64,000 bases of DNA from Octopus vulgaris (Eukaryota). Below the pieces are notes generated by a model, which was not told where the DNA came from, ran no database searches, and worked only from the letters and a program-made list of their open reading frames with translations. Location of the stretch: NCBI GenBank assembly GCA_951406725.2, contig OX597829.1, positions 34,286,001 to 34,350,000 of the forward strand, read 5' to 3'. Below, piece after piece: positions 51,257-63,932 of this stretch. Numbering within the stretch: the stretch's first letter is position 1; each line of letters starts with the position of its first letter. The position numbers and the translations under genes are program-made.

Positions 51257-53818
51257 GTAATGCTTGTTTATATATTTTTCATTCTTGACATTTTTAAGTA
51301 AATACAACTTTAAAAGACAATTGAGAATCAATATTTTTATATTGTTAGATCTTCAACGTAAAGCAAAATGATTTGATCTTAAAAGCAAAGATAATTTATC
51401 TGAAAATGGATGTAAAATAGTTACGTAGTTTTGTGTATGTGTATTTATGTGTTAAAGAAATTTGTTTTACAGTTATGAGGTCCTAGCTTCAGTCCCACAT
51501 TGGCATCTTGGGCAAGTGCCTTCTACCATAATTTCAGATTGATGTTTATGAATGAAATTGTTTAGGATAATTTAACCTTTATAAAAAAGGTACAGTAGAC
51601 TGTGGAGTACTCACTATATTATAATTCAATGGGAAGACGTTTGAGTTTATCAAACAACAGAAGTACTCGTCATTGAAATCGAGAGATCCATTTACTTTAA
51701 TTTGTACTCATATCTATGTTTGTTCTGCAACAATTACGAATTTGCGACATCTGCTGGCACATTTCAAGGAGACATAAGAAAGATGTACCTCTACCAATAT
51801 CCAGCAAATGCTAAAAAAAAAGAGGCTGTATGAATGCCATACAGCATATCCATGTAAACTAAGGGGCCACAAGAGATGCAGTGAGATTGCAGGCAGGATT
51901 ACAGAAGACTTCTTATGCAGCAGATGTGCTTTTCCCATAAAATAAATTCTTTCAAATGCTTGAAAGGATCCCTAGAAGGGGTTGATTATATTTTCTTACT
52001 TAGTTACCTTAATCAGAAGTGAGAGTGTTACAAAAGCTACTCACCAGAGCAAGAACAGAGTGGAGAAAATTCAGGGTGTTATTACTTATGCTGGTTATGG
52101 AAGGGGACTACCCCCTCTGCTGGGAATGCTTGTATATGAAATACAATGTTGCACAGTAGCAAAAGGTTTAGGAGGAAGTGAGACAAACCTAATCTATTGT
52201 GCATTTACATTGGAGTAGAAATGAACTGAGAAAATTTGGATATAAAAAAACCCCAGTTGTTGTGTACAACAGAGAAGACTGAGCTGTTGTTAACATGCGA
52301 TGCGTCTGGAGGACAAGAGATGCCAAGATATCTAAACTGAAGGAACCTGCATAAAACTAAGCCCACGGAAGAAATGGTGAAAACTGATTTTCTGATGCTT
52401 AACCTTACAATGCAGATGATAAAATATCTCAAATGGTGTGATGTTGTACTGAAAACCCATCCAGATAATGCAAGCATAGAATATGGACATATAATGTTGA
52501 TAACAAATACAAATTATTTTACATTTAGTTTTTTCATATTACTGAATGCTAAAAACTAAACCATGAAGAAAAAGTGGACTCTACTTTTTGTCAATCACGC
52601 ACACTATGGAAGAAAGCATTTCATTGTACACAGTGCAACTAGTCAGTGTATCATTAATTCCTTAGAAATGCTAAAATCCATCATTAACGTTAACATTCAT
52701 GCTCATGTATGTCTATATTTGTTCTAACAACAGAAATGAATTTGGAATGACTTTAGGAATAACTTAACTTTTTTCATAATTATTATAGATTAAGTAATGT
52801 GTGTATCTCTACAAGCCAGACATTTGCATTGTCAAAAGAAAACTGTCAAATAAATACAACTTTATGAGACAATTGAGAGTCAATATTTTTATATTATTAG
52901 ATCTTAAACATGAAGCAAAATGGTTCAATCTCAAAATGTAAAATGTATTAGCCTTTGCTGATGATGCAGATGTAGATTTAAAACTTGTTGGTTTTTGAAA
53001 TGATAACTGCAGTGGTGGGTTTCAATGAATTAAAATACCAAAGTATATACAATCCCATGGGGGTGAATCAATGTAACATGGGTGGAGAGCACAAAAAAAC
53101 ACAGTGCTACAAGAACTGTAAAGTAGATGGTGTTAGGAAGAGCATCCAAGCCAAAACAAACTATGGAACCTAGTGCAAACCCTGACTTCACCAGCTCCTG
53201 TCAAGCTATCCAACCCATGCTAGCATGGAAAACAGATGTTAAATGTTGATGATGATGATGATATGTCCTCTGTACTCTGGGCCCATATCTAACTACCATG
53301 TAGCATGACTGTTTGTATACAAGCATCATACACTCTGCCTTTCATTCTGAGAGAAAGATCTGTTGCCAACAGATGTTGATAATACATACTGAAGAAAGGC
53401 ATGGGTAGTATTATGCACACATTAACTTTATCTGGAATGATAAAATTAAAATGCTATTTTACTGAGTTTGCATTGAAATACTTGTTTTATAATGAGTCCT
53501 AGAGAACAGAAAAAAATGAGGATCTAGCCAAATACTGCATATTAAGATTTACTGAAGCTGCTGACCATGTTTGAAATGGGGAGCAATAGTAGAAGCAGAT
53601 TGGCTAGTGTTGTGTGCATGTTATTTTTTTATGCCATTGTCTCTGACTTAGAACATAAGCAGTAAAGCCAATTACTGATATGCATTTCCCCAATTTTTAC
53701 ATATTTGAGGGTCCTAAGATAAAAAAAAGAAAAAGAAAAATTATTTGTGGTGCCAGTTTTCATTATTAATTTTACTCCAAAACTGATATTGTCTATAATT
53801 TTCAATTTTAACTTTTAG

Positions 53819-53927
53819 TCATGATAAAGCTTTAGAAGGAATTACCTCATGTGCTGAAATACGATCACAGCCTAGATTCCAGCCTATTATCAAGGGGCTT
53901 GAAATGACAGACAACTTACCAATGCAG
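53819..53927 (+). CDS. DIAPH: Diaphanous-related formin exon (FH3)
   Basis: acttttAG / GTTTGT; 109 nt, phase 2/0. (G)HDKALEGITSCAEIRSQPRFQPIIKGLEMTDNLPMQ contains 'RFxPIxxGL'. Confidence 0.94.
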
Positions 53928-53988
53928 GTTTGTAATTAGAACTTCTTTCATTTATGCATTCATAATATTTTAAAATTAAATTTCTAAA

Positions 53989-54438
53989 CAACGAAGTGTT
54001 AACGCGAAGCAGTGTTTAGGTATGAGCAGAATTTAGGCTAGTTGAAATATGTTCGTCACATATTTCAACTGCTAAAAGTTAAATACACTGCAGTTACTGT
54101 GGAGAAAAAGTATATTTAATTTTAAAAAGGTGTGAAAAAACCTGGTTCATACAGTGTTGCCATCTATCAGGAATCCTAGATATCGATTATATGTAAAGCC
54201 ATGGCTTATTAAGTTCATTCACAGTTGCCTCTCTTAGGTATATCTCATTGACAAGAGTCAAAAATCTCAAAACATCGATATCTCGGATTCCCCATAGACG
54301 GCAACACTGAACAAACTGGGTGTTCTCACACCTTTTTACCATAAGAGAGATTTTTTCTTCACAGTAACTGTAGTGTATTTGCCTTTTAGCAGTTGAAATA
54401 TGTGATGAACATATTTCAACTAGCCTAAATTCTGATCA
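53989..54438. mobile_element. Hairpin insertion with 12-bp TSD, ~60 bp after an exon donor
   Basis: TAAATTTCTAAA at 53977-53988 and 54439-54450; 32-bp left tail; ~165-bp diverged inverted arms (54021-~54188 / ~54273-54440). Confidence 0.8.
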
Positions 54439-54629
54439 TAAATTTCTAAAATTTATACTGTTAATAAGTTTTAAGAATTTTTAAATTATCAGACAAAAAT
54501 CTCATTTCGAAGATTCTCTTAGCTTCAAGATTTCCGAAAAGTATTAGCATATATAAAAATTGAAATCACTTGAATTCTGATAAAGCCAGTGCAAAACTTA
54601 TCATAATCATCATCATTGCATATTATTAT

Positions 54630-56165
54630 ACAGTTGGTACCATCCTAAAGGAATTTGAGTTGGTAGCAGGGGCAAAAATCAATGCCAACAGGTCTATTGA
54701 CTTGTAATTGAGGAGCTGGGGAGATAGATCCATGCCATTTGGATCATTGGGTGCTGGACTGAAAGACCAGTTAAACTGCTCAGGGTCTGGTTCAGTCCTG
54801 ACCTCCAGATTGATAAGGACTGGCATGAGATGGCCAGTTTCACTAAGAAATATACAGAGAGGAAGCTACCTCTGAAAAATCAGGCAGAGGTAGTGAATGC
54901 TTATATCACCTCCTTTATTATTTATCACCTACCACTATTCCTTGCCCTAGCTTCTGCTTGGTCATATTAGAATATCTGGGGGTTTTTTTCTTGTTGAAAG
55001 GATGCATTCCAATAATCAGGTGGTCAGTTTGCTGCCAGGACCCTCTGTATGGCACCTGCAATGATTCTTTGACAGTGAACATGTGTGAGCTCCGTTCACA
55101 AGACAAATCTTTCCACAACTTGTCTCCTTGACAAAGCTGCAGTCTTGGGTAAAGGAAAGACTAAGATTGGGCACCTGACACCAAAAGTGTTGTAAGGGAC
55201 TCTCAGCCTTCTACCAGTCAGACAATGGAATTAGTAAATGTTCCACTCTACCTATATAGAGAGAATTAGTGGTGAAAAAGTGTGTCAACATTCTTGAGTT
55301 GTCTCTGGGCATTTGTGAACACGAATTGGCTAGCCTGTTCCAGAAGACTTTCCAGTTAGGGATCACCATGGATAATTCCCCAAAATACTTGACCTGGCAG
55401 TGCTACCAAGGGGCACTACTAGTTCAAAATAACCTCTACAGACACAGAATACTATCTACTTGGCATGTCCATGATCTGTGCAGAGCTACAAAACTTCAAC
55501 ATGCATTCATTCAATGTCTAAAACTTGCTGATTTCTGGAGTTTTGTTGAACAGCTGCTTTTATGTGTGGGATGGATCTGTCTGCCAGCTGTGATTATTGA
55601 AACCCCACCACCTTAACTGCAAACGTATTGTAGTTTTCCTCTGTTTGGTAGAAATTGCAGAAGAGGTTGTCAGGTGGATGAGACTTTTCTTTTCGGCAGA
55701 GCCCTGTTCAATTTTTTCAAGTTTCACTTGAAAAGGGGAATGAGAGTAGGGAGGCAGTTACTGTCCTCAGGTGAATTTATTGAAAGGTGGGTGAAAGTTA
55801 CAAAAATGGCAAGAAAGGATGATATGACTTTAAGTATAAAGCTGTAAGTTGAAAAAATGGAACTGGAGAGGGCACTTATCCTTGGTGTTGAGGGAGATCT
55901 TGAATAGTGGGGTTCCTTGATTGTCCCTTGTAGTCCTCCTGTATCAGGAGGAACATATTTCTATTATCTTTTTCTCCCCTAATAATGCTTATTATGTATA
56001 TTTCCTTTCTTTGTTTTATTGTGTATCATGTATATTTTCATGTTTTTGTTTATTTTATATATGTATATATATGTATGTGTGTGTAAACCTTCCATACATA
56101 ATGTCTGTCTTTGTGACGTCCCCTCATCCATCCATCACCCTGGTGACAAATAAAAGAAATAATAT
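54630..56165 (+). mobile_element. L1/Tx1-like LINE 3' remnant
   Basis: GTILKEFELVAGAKIN.NRS...PVKLL.VWF (post-YADD RT region), a decayed C-terminal region, and a 3' UTR ending in AATAAA + A-rich tail. Confidence 0.65.
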
Positions 56166-56249
56166 TTTGTTGTTTTTATTACTATCATTGTTGTTGTTGT
56201 TATTGTTATTAATAGTAGTAGTAAATATTTGATTTGTTTATTTTTTTAG

Positions 56250-56360
56250 GTTGCTTGTATTCAGTTAGTCAATGCCATTGTGTCTACACCTGATGATTTA
56301 GAATTCAGAATACATCTTAGAAATGAATTTATAAGAACTGGTCTCAATAACATCTTAGAG
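56250..56360 (+). CDS. DIAPH: Diaphanous-related formin exon (FH3)
   Basis: tttttttAG / GTTTGT; 111 nt, phase 0/0. VACIQLVNAIVSTPDDLEFRIHLRNEFIRTGLNNILE is the hallmark FH3 motif. Confidence 0.96.
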
Positions 56361-56456
56361 GTTTGTGTTTTCTTTTCTCAACTATCAAAAATCTTGATGA
56401 TGTTGATGTGTATGTTTATATTTGTATATCTGAATGTATATTTGTGTGTATATATT

Positions 56457-56514
<58 letters not shown>

Positions 56515-57206
56515 CATAAATATATGTCTATTTATGTGTTTGGATATATGTATCTAGTATTAACAGAAGAGACACTGTTAATCCAAGTTGGTTCTTATTG
56601 GTGTTAGAGCTCTCCTGGATAAATTGTAGAATTACATCTTGCTCAGACATCTCAGTTTTGGCATAGTTTCTAAAGCTGGATGTGCCAACTAACAATAACC
56701 ACTTTACAGAGAAGTTGTTGTGCTGCTGGCAAGGTCAAATAATCTTCTTGTAATTGTGTTGTCTCATTTTGCCAAATTACTTTATCAAGATTCTACTGGA
56801 TGCATTTGTCATGGCACCAACACTGAAAGGTAGCCTTTTGCTCACAAGAGTAAATGTGTGTGAATGTGTCTATCAAAGTATATGGACATCGTTCAGTTGT
56901 ATATATCAATGAATGATGTAAACATTAGCAAGATACTGAAAAACCACTGCTTTACAAATAATACCCTTGACATTTTTATTCTGCATCAGGTTACTGTAAC
57001 TCCTTTGCTACTCTTGTTATTAGAAATGATGTGAACTTTTGATGGTCAATTTGTAAACCTGTAAAGAATGAAACAGTTGTCCAAAAATTGCAATATAAAA
57101 TATAAAATAAATAAATAAGTAAAGTGTATATAAACTTATATAAATTATGAAGATACTCTCTGATCCTATTGACTGTTTTTTTAAAAGTGTGAATTTCATT
57201 TTGTAG

Positions 57207-57331
57207 AAATTTGATAAACAACCACAAGAATTTGAAGATTTGAAAACCCAATTGCATGTTTTCCACACACAAGCAGAGGAAGATTCTGAAGATTTTTTCC
57301 AAAGATATGAGAATATCAAAATTGAATTATC
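57207..57331 (+). CDS. DIAPH: Diaphanous-related formin exon (FH3), followed by a U12 AT-AC donor
   Basis: ttttgtAG acceptor; 125 nt, phase 0/2. KFDKQPQEFEDLKTQLHVFHTQAEEDSEDFFQRYENIKIEL(S) ends at the ATATCCTTT donor. Confidence 0.92.
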
Positions 57332-58612
57332 ATATCCTTTATTTTCAAAAGTTTTTTTTTCTTTCTGTGTTACTCTTGTTATTCCCAAAATGTCAATGAT
57401 ATGGCAGAATCATTAGAACATCAAACAGATCTGTTGTAATGCTTTTCATGATAAATTTGTCTCCTACCACTATTGGTAATTGTTATTGTTCCTCTACATG
57501 ACCCTTTTTAGAAAAAAAATTAATTCTTTTACTCCATCTTAACTATTCACATGCAAACTTCAACTATATTAATCTGAACACTGCTTGATAGACATGTGCT
57601 ATTTCTATAAACAATAATCTTCAGAACATTCTTCAATTAATACATATCTACATACCCACTTTCAGCAAGTCACTGCTCTTATCAAAGAATTGTATATATT
57701 ACTTTTTTCTTATAAACAAGCTTCATTTAAAATTTTCGAAGTCACTACAAAGTCTCACTGTCTCTTTCTTAAAGCAGCCATCTCTCTATATACAAACGGC
57801 AAAATGTCTGTGTGTGTGTCCTTTATACAAATCCACAATTTTTCAGTTAGAGGGCTCACACTTTCTATGGTCATCCAAAACCATCCAAGGGTGGTCGTGC
57901 ACATCTTTACATTTCCCCAGTTATCCCACAAACCCATTAAAAAAAATCAATAGAAGTGACTTTTTTGTGAATTTTCTATCCAAAACCCAATCAAAATGCC
58001 CAAAACTTGATATGCAATTGAATGCCAGCTAGCTGTATGTGATTGGTCGGAGATTTGGACAGTACTCACGTGTATGTGCACACGCACGCAGCTGTATATG
58101 CATGCACTAGCACTATGACCCGGCGTTGCCGGGTCACAGTGCTAGTATATATATAACATGCTAAGCATGCATCACAAAGGTTCCCCTTTAGGATCAGAAA
58201 ATACTTAGGTTTTCACTTTTGCTGAGCTTGTACAAATCTCACATAAGACTTGCAATGACATATAGTTCACATATATGAAACAGTGCTGCTACTGTATACA
58301 CAGCCATTATGGATTGCATTGAAAAGATAGCCATTCCTTTGATTGGCTGTATGCTACAACCATTTTCTCTCAGAAGTATTGTTTCCTTTCTTCTATTCTA
58401 TCTTCACTACCTCCTCATCCTCACAAGTTGTATTCTTTCCCCATTCTCTCATACTTCCTCTTCAACCAAAACCACTTGCAACTACCCCACTCTCTTGGCC
58501 ACTAACTTATCAACCCCTCCTTCCCTATCCACCTCCCTCTAACTTTTCTCATTTACTTGAGTTTGATAGCAAAATATTAAATTATATCTGTTCCTCCTTA
58601 ACTAATGTTCAC
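57332..58612 (+). other. Minor-spliceosome (U12-type) AT-AC intron
   Basis: 5' ATATCCTTT (57332-57340), branch site TCCTTAAC (58595-58602), terminal AC (58611-58612). Splicing keeps the formin frame open (TC+G = Ser). Confidence 0.93.
57781..58145 (+). mobile_element. Non-autonomous Helitron inside the U12 intron
   Basis: A|TC 5' end; terminal hairpin GACCCGGC-gtt-GCCGGGTC and CTAG|T; homologous to 3135-3608. Confidence 0.82.
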
Positions 58613-58729
58613 GAATATTGAAGACTGCTATGGTTTACTAATGAATAGTATCAACAATACTCCCAGCTCAACCTACTTTTTGTCAATCCTGCAACATTTT
58701 TTATTGATCAGAGAAGAATCATATGTTAA
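58613..58729 (+). CDS. DIAPH: Diaphanous-related formin exon (dimerisation domain)
   Basis: Follows the AC acceptor; donor GTAAGT; 117 nt, phase 2/2. NIEDCYGLLMNSINNTPSSTYFLSILQHFLLIREESYV(K) contains 'FLSILQHLLLIR'. Confidence 0.94.
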
Positions 58730-58824
58730 GTAAGTATACTTTTTGTGATAAGTAAATATAATAGGTCATCAAAGGTTTGAGTGTAAGATAATCAGATCAG
58801 ACCACAAGTAAAATTTAAGAATAT

Positions 58825-59226
58825 TCTTTTATTTGTTTCAGTCATTTGACTGTGGCTATGCTTGAACACTGCCTTTAGTCGAGCAAATCGACCCCAGGAC
58901 TTATTCTTTGTAAACCTAGTACTTATTGTATCGGTCTCTCTTGCTGAACCGCTAAGGGATGGAGACGTAAACACACCAGCATCGGTTGTTGGGGGGACAA
59001 ACAGAGACATATTAACACACACACACACACACACATGTACACATATATATACATACATACACACAACGGGCTTCTTTCAGTTTCCGTCTACCAAATCCAC
59101 TCACAAGGCATTGGTTGGCCTGAGGATATAGTAGAAGACACTTGCCCAAGGTGCCACTCAGTGGGACTGAACCCGAAACCATGTGGTTGGTAAGCAAGCT
59201 ACTTACCACACAGCCACTCCTGCACC
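58825..59226 (-). mobile_element. tRNA-derived CORE-like SINE (same family, antisense)
   Basis: Full-length reverse complement of the 9490/38309 family. Confidence 0.84.
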
Positions 59227-60214
59227 TATTGATAAAAAGTTTTTGGAAACCTATCCAGCTTATAGCATCAGTTAATAAATAGTACATGTATATTGAATGA
59301 TGACAATGATATCTGAATTTGGTGAGATTATCATGACTGTTTTATGATTTGTTTTATATCCCTACTAAATTTATGAAGTATTTTGTTGCAAGTTGTTTTA
59401 AAATAATGGTTTTAAAATAATCAGGAGCTCATACAACTTAAGGGATGTACTTAGTGTAGGGAAAGAGGAGTAAATTTGTAAATTTCTAATGATATGAAGT
59501 TTCCAAGGAAAATGATTTGGATATTGCATTACACTTTTTAAAATTTATTTTTGATCTGAAAGATAGAGGTGTGTCCATAGTTTTCTCAAACCACCTGAGA
59601 CTAGTGAATCAAAGTAATTAGTGTTCCTCCAGAATAGTTGCAAGTAGAAGAACCATGCGCAAAGATGGAATTCCTGAGAACTAATGTCCTAAGAATGAAG
59701 AAACAGATGTTGTTAGTTGCATCTGCTTAAAGGAGCAGATCCTCTATAGTAAGGGCTGAAAAGGCAGAGAGGAGACAGCACATTCATGGACCAGAAGTAA
59801 TGAAAAAAACTTACACTTTGTGTCCATTTACATATAGTCAGAAAGTATTAAGTAGTCAAGACATTGAATAATGAAGGTATTATGACCCTTACTTTATGCA
59901 TTTTCAGAAATTTTAGTCAAGCACATATGTAATTGGTAGTGTATGTGGGCATGTCTGTAAATACATAATAATTTTTTTTTAAATTACATGAATAGAATGA
60001 GCTAAAAAGATATAAACTTTTAGAAGAGAAAGAGAAGTTATCCTTTATTGAGCAGACTCATGATCAGCCATACACATTTGAGTGCTCACTTGTGTATCAA
60101 TCTGTGTTTGTCTGCTACTTAATAATGAAAAGCCTTCTGTTTATTTCTACATGTTTTGGAGAAACGAAAGAAATCAAGGCTGTCAACAATTTTAAATAAT
60201 GTGATAATTAATAT

Positions 60215-60417
60215 TTATTTCTTTATTGCCTACAGGGGGCTAAATGTAGAGGGGACAAGCAAGAACAGGCAAATGGATTAAGTCGATTACATCGATCCCA
60301 GTGAGTAAGGATGAAAAGCAAAGTTGACCTTGGCTGAATTTGAATGCAGAACATAACAGCAGGCGAAATCCCGCTAAGCATTTCACCCGGTGTCCTAACA
60401 ATTCTGCCAGCTCACCA
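60215..60417 (-). mobile_element. tRNA-derived Nin-domain-like SINE fragment
   Basis: Minus strand 'ggtgagctggcagaattgttag...ttcaaattcagccaaggtcaactttgcttttcatcc'; related fragment at ~26505-26650(+). Confidence 0.55.
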
Positions 60418-60489
60418 TAATATTGACATTAGTTAGACTTCAGATTTAGAGGTAGAAAGACTCAAAGACACAAACCAGTCTGAAAAAGG

Positions 60490-61830
60490 AAGATATGTAA
60501 GCTTAAAGACCTTTTGTATAATTGAAGATTTAAAGAAGTCCTAATTGAAGCAGTTGATGAGGAGGGGAAGATATAACATAGAGGACAGCTGGAAGTTCTT
60601 ACACAACAACCTACTGACGGCTACAGTCCAAACAGGCTGGTGCAAAGTTCAGCCAGACCATGAGTGACATGATGCTGGGACAGTGAAGTAAACAAGACCA
60701 TAAAAGCAGAGACAGGCTTGGAAGTATTGGAAGAATGGTATTAGCAAAAAATTGTACCAGGTAACAAGAAGGGATGTAAGGAAACTGATATATTTAGCAA
60801 TGGGAGAAGCAGAAAAGAAGAAATTTGCTAATGTTCTACACTATGAGGTGTTCCCAAATTCAAGACAGTATATCAGTAAAATTGAGATGTTGTTGGAGAG
60901 AAGTATCTACAGATGGAAAGAAATACATTTACACTTGAGGATTTTAAAAAGAAAGAGGCTATTATGAAAGGGAGAAAGAATCTTCCTAAAGAGAACACAA
61001 TGGTGGAACAAGCTATTTTAGTTGACAGCACAATGATAGATTAAGAAATTAGAAATATGAAGACAGGGAAAGCCTGTCAGGAATTACTGCTGAGAGGCTT
61101 AGAATATGTCATGGAGTGGAATATGCCTAGTCAACTGTATGATTAATCTTTTCGTAGAAGGGGTTATACACACTGGCTTATGTAGCAGCAAGACAGTTAG
61201 GCAATTACAGCGGTATCAAATTGTTGGACCAAGTTATGATAGTTACTGCTCAATTAATTAGAAAGAGAGTTAACCTAGATAATATACAGTTTAGTTACCT
61301 GAGAGAAGCACTACTGATGCTGTTTTCCTAGTAAGGCAACTGAAGAAGTATTTAATCAAAAATATACTACTTTCCTTGACTTTCAACCTGGGAAAATCCT
61401 TTGATAGGACCCCTCACTCCCTGATCTGGTGGTGGCTAGAGAAGGTAGGTGATGAATGGCTAGGGCTGGTGTGAGTTGTCCAAGCCATATACAAAAGTGC
61501 TGACAGTAATAATGTGAAAGTTAACAACAAGGCTGGCTACAAATTTAATGTGCAGGTAGTTCACCAGGGTTCAGTTCTCAGTTCTTTCTTATTTATCATA
61601 GTCCTCCATGCCATAACAGAAGAATGGTTACCTGAGGGAGCTCCTCAGTGCTGATGACCATGAGAAAAGAAATTTCAAGTATGGAAGCCAAACTTGCTAT
61701 CAAAGGGCTTTAAAGTTAATTCAGCAAAGACCAAAGTCCTAGTAAGCAGGAAAACACATACTATTTAACCTTTCAGGAAAAACGCCCTGATTGATGAGTA
61801 GAAAAAGTGTTGGTAGAAATTTCGTACAGC
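60490..61830 (+). mobile_element. Highly decayed RTE LINE
   Basis: Nucleotide colinearity with the 35615-37270 and 17272-17955 RT fragments (aattacagcggtatcaaattgttggaccaag; agcactactgatgc; ttatttatcatagtcctcca). Confidence 0.8.
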
Positions 61831-62685
61831 ATGTATGATATGTAAGTAACACAAAAGTTTCTTTCTGTCTACCAAATCCACTTACAAGACTTTGGTTGGC
61901 CTAAGGTTGTAGTAGAAAACACCTAAGGTGCTTCGCAGTATGACTGAGCAACAAGCTTCTTAACCATACAGCCATGAATGGATGAACTAAAGTTGTATAA
62001 ACTGTTGAGAGAGAAAGAGAGAGATAGATGCATATCATCCCAGGCCAAGCAGACAAATGATTAGCCAAGTGCTCCTGAAAGCTTACTTATTTCAATCTAT
62101 GTTTGTCTGCTATTGTTTGGAAAAAAGATGTCACTTTTCTTCTATGTATTTGTTATGCAAAAAAAGAAATCACTGACTAACTGTTAAATTAATGTTTGTA
62201 TGCCTGCATGTGTGTGTGTGTATATGTATGCACACATGGATGGATGTATGTGTCTACATGTGTATGTGGAATCACATTGAGAGAAAAGGTGTATAACAGC
62301 ATAATCATACTTGTGTTGCTCATCTATCAGATAAAAATATTTTTATGAAATAACAAAGATTTTTAACACTGAAGACCTGGAAATTGAAACATTTATGAAG
62401 AATTACTAAACAATGTTAAACTGATTTTGCACATAATTTGGCTCTTAGCAAATAAAAGATTAATTCTACTTTGTTGAGAGAGATGTTATTAATATACATT
62501 ACAGGTAGTAATTTCTGATTTTTCAATGAAATAAATTATTACAATTAAGGATTATATAATTATAATTTATTTTAAATTAATATTTGATAAATTAATTAAA
62601 AATATTAATTTTGAAAATTAAGAATTTGTATATTAAGTATGATACTTTATTACTGAAGCCTAACCTGTAAATATGTTTATTACAG

Positions 62686-62804
62686 ACTTGAATATTTTAA
62701 ATTAATTGAAGAATGTGTGAGTCAGATTATTTTGCACAAACATGGTATGGATCCTGATTTCAGTTACACAAAACGATTTGAACTGGATATTGAAGACTTG
62801 TTAG
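62686..62804 (+). CDS. DIAPH: Diaphanous-related formin exon (dimerisation domain)
   Basis: ttattacAG / GTATGT; 119 nt, phase 2/1. (K)LEYFKLIEECVSQIILHKHGMDPDFSYTKRFELDIEDLL matches 'YxKLIEECVSQIVLHxxGxDPDF'. Confidence 0.96.
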
Positions 62805-63129
62805 GTATGTTACCATAATGGATTTTAGCTATGTTTGGAATCTATTGTTATTATTCATTTTCACATTAGAAATTATATTTTGTGTATACATAGTCATGTA
62901 TTTTCTGAGAGATGAACATTTTCATTGGGTCAGCATTATCCCTTCTGGCTACCTGTTTTATGTAAGACTGAATGTACTATAATTCAGAATATGAAGTAAA
63001 ATTAAGGAAAAAAAAAATTGAAAGAAGTTAGTTCAAGAATCTATTCATAAAATATTGTCATGAATTCAATTGTCAATGTTAGCTCTTATCTTTCTCATCA
63101 AATTCAGCATCCATGGCCAAAATAACTTA

Positions 63130-63932
63130 AACTTTTAGCGTCCTGTTAAAAAGTCACAATCATAAATAATGATAGTGCTGAAAATTCCTAAACATGAGTT
63201 TGTCTTTCTTTCCCAAATGCTTATAGTGTTTGTAATTGTGGTCAGATTGCTGTTAAAGTTGGTAGTATTGCAGAAAAAAGTTGTTGTGTTTTTACGTATG
63301 TGGTCATTTGTGCTAAAAAAATAATGGACATATTTAATTAATTGCATCATGATAGCTAAAGAAAAGATTACTAAAAATGTTGAAGAGAGATATTGGTAAC
63401 AAATTAAATGGAATTGGTAATAGACATGGGCATACTAAATCACAAATAAACAAAAAACAGTTTTATTTTTACTATTTATCATGAAATTTACATGCAAGCT
63501 GTTAACTTCTACCAGAAACAGTATGCTCAGACATGCCCAAATTTCATTGCCTATAGAAACAAAGTTGACTGTTCCCTTTTGTTCAGATTACTTTGTTGGG
63601 TGATTAGGTTGGTAACGACTCAGTGGAAAAATTGGAAAACAAAGACTCAACAAACTTCATCACATCCGGAAGGTATCTTTTGACAAAGAATGCCAAAGGT
63701 GTTGTGTTTGACCATTCTTCAAATAATATTTCATCCAAGTCACTTGATGAAAAATCAGACATATCAAACTTAGACATTGATATGCTTATCATCTTCAGTC
63801 CTTTGCTGCCATTAATTTGTCAAATCATTAAATACATTATCACTCAAAGAATGAGTAAGCAACCATTTTGCAAAGATATTTTTGAGCAAATACATTTTTA
63901 AAAATCCTTTAATCCCTTTACTTGTAAGGTTA
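63130..63932 (-). mobile_element. Possible piggyBac-like remnant
   Basis: Minus-strand TTAA-CC start, acidic SSSDLDE stretch then 'TPLAFF..YL..VMKFVES...EIWACLSIL'; weak. Confidence 0.3.

Noticed and set aside
63607-63901. AG...GT-bounded segment and ORF 63623-63901 as the next formin exon
   Set aside because: The required phase-1 junction gives an immediate stop (G|GT TGG TAA), and the peptide does not resemble the expected coiled coil.
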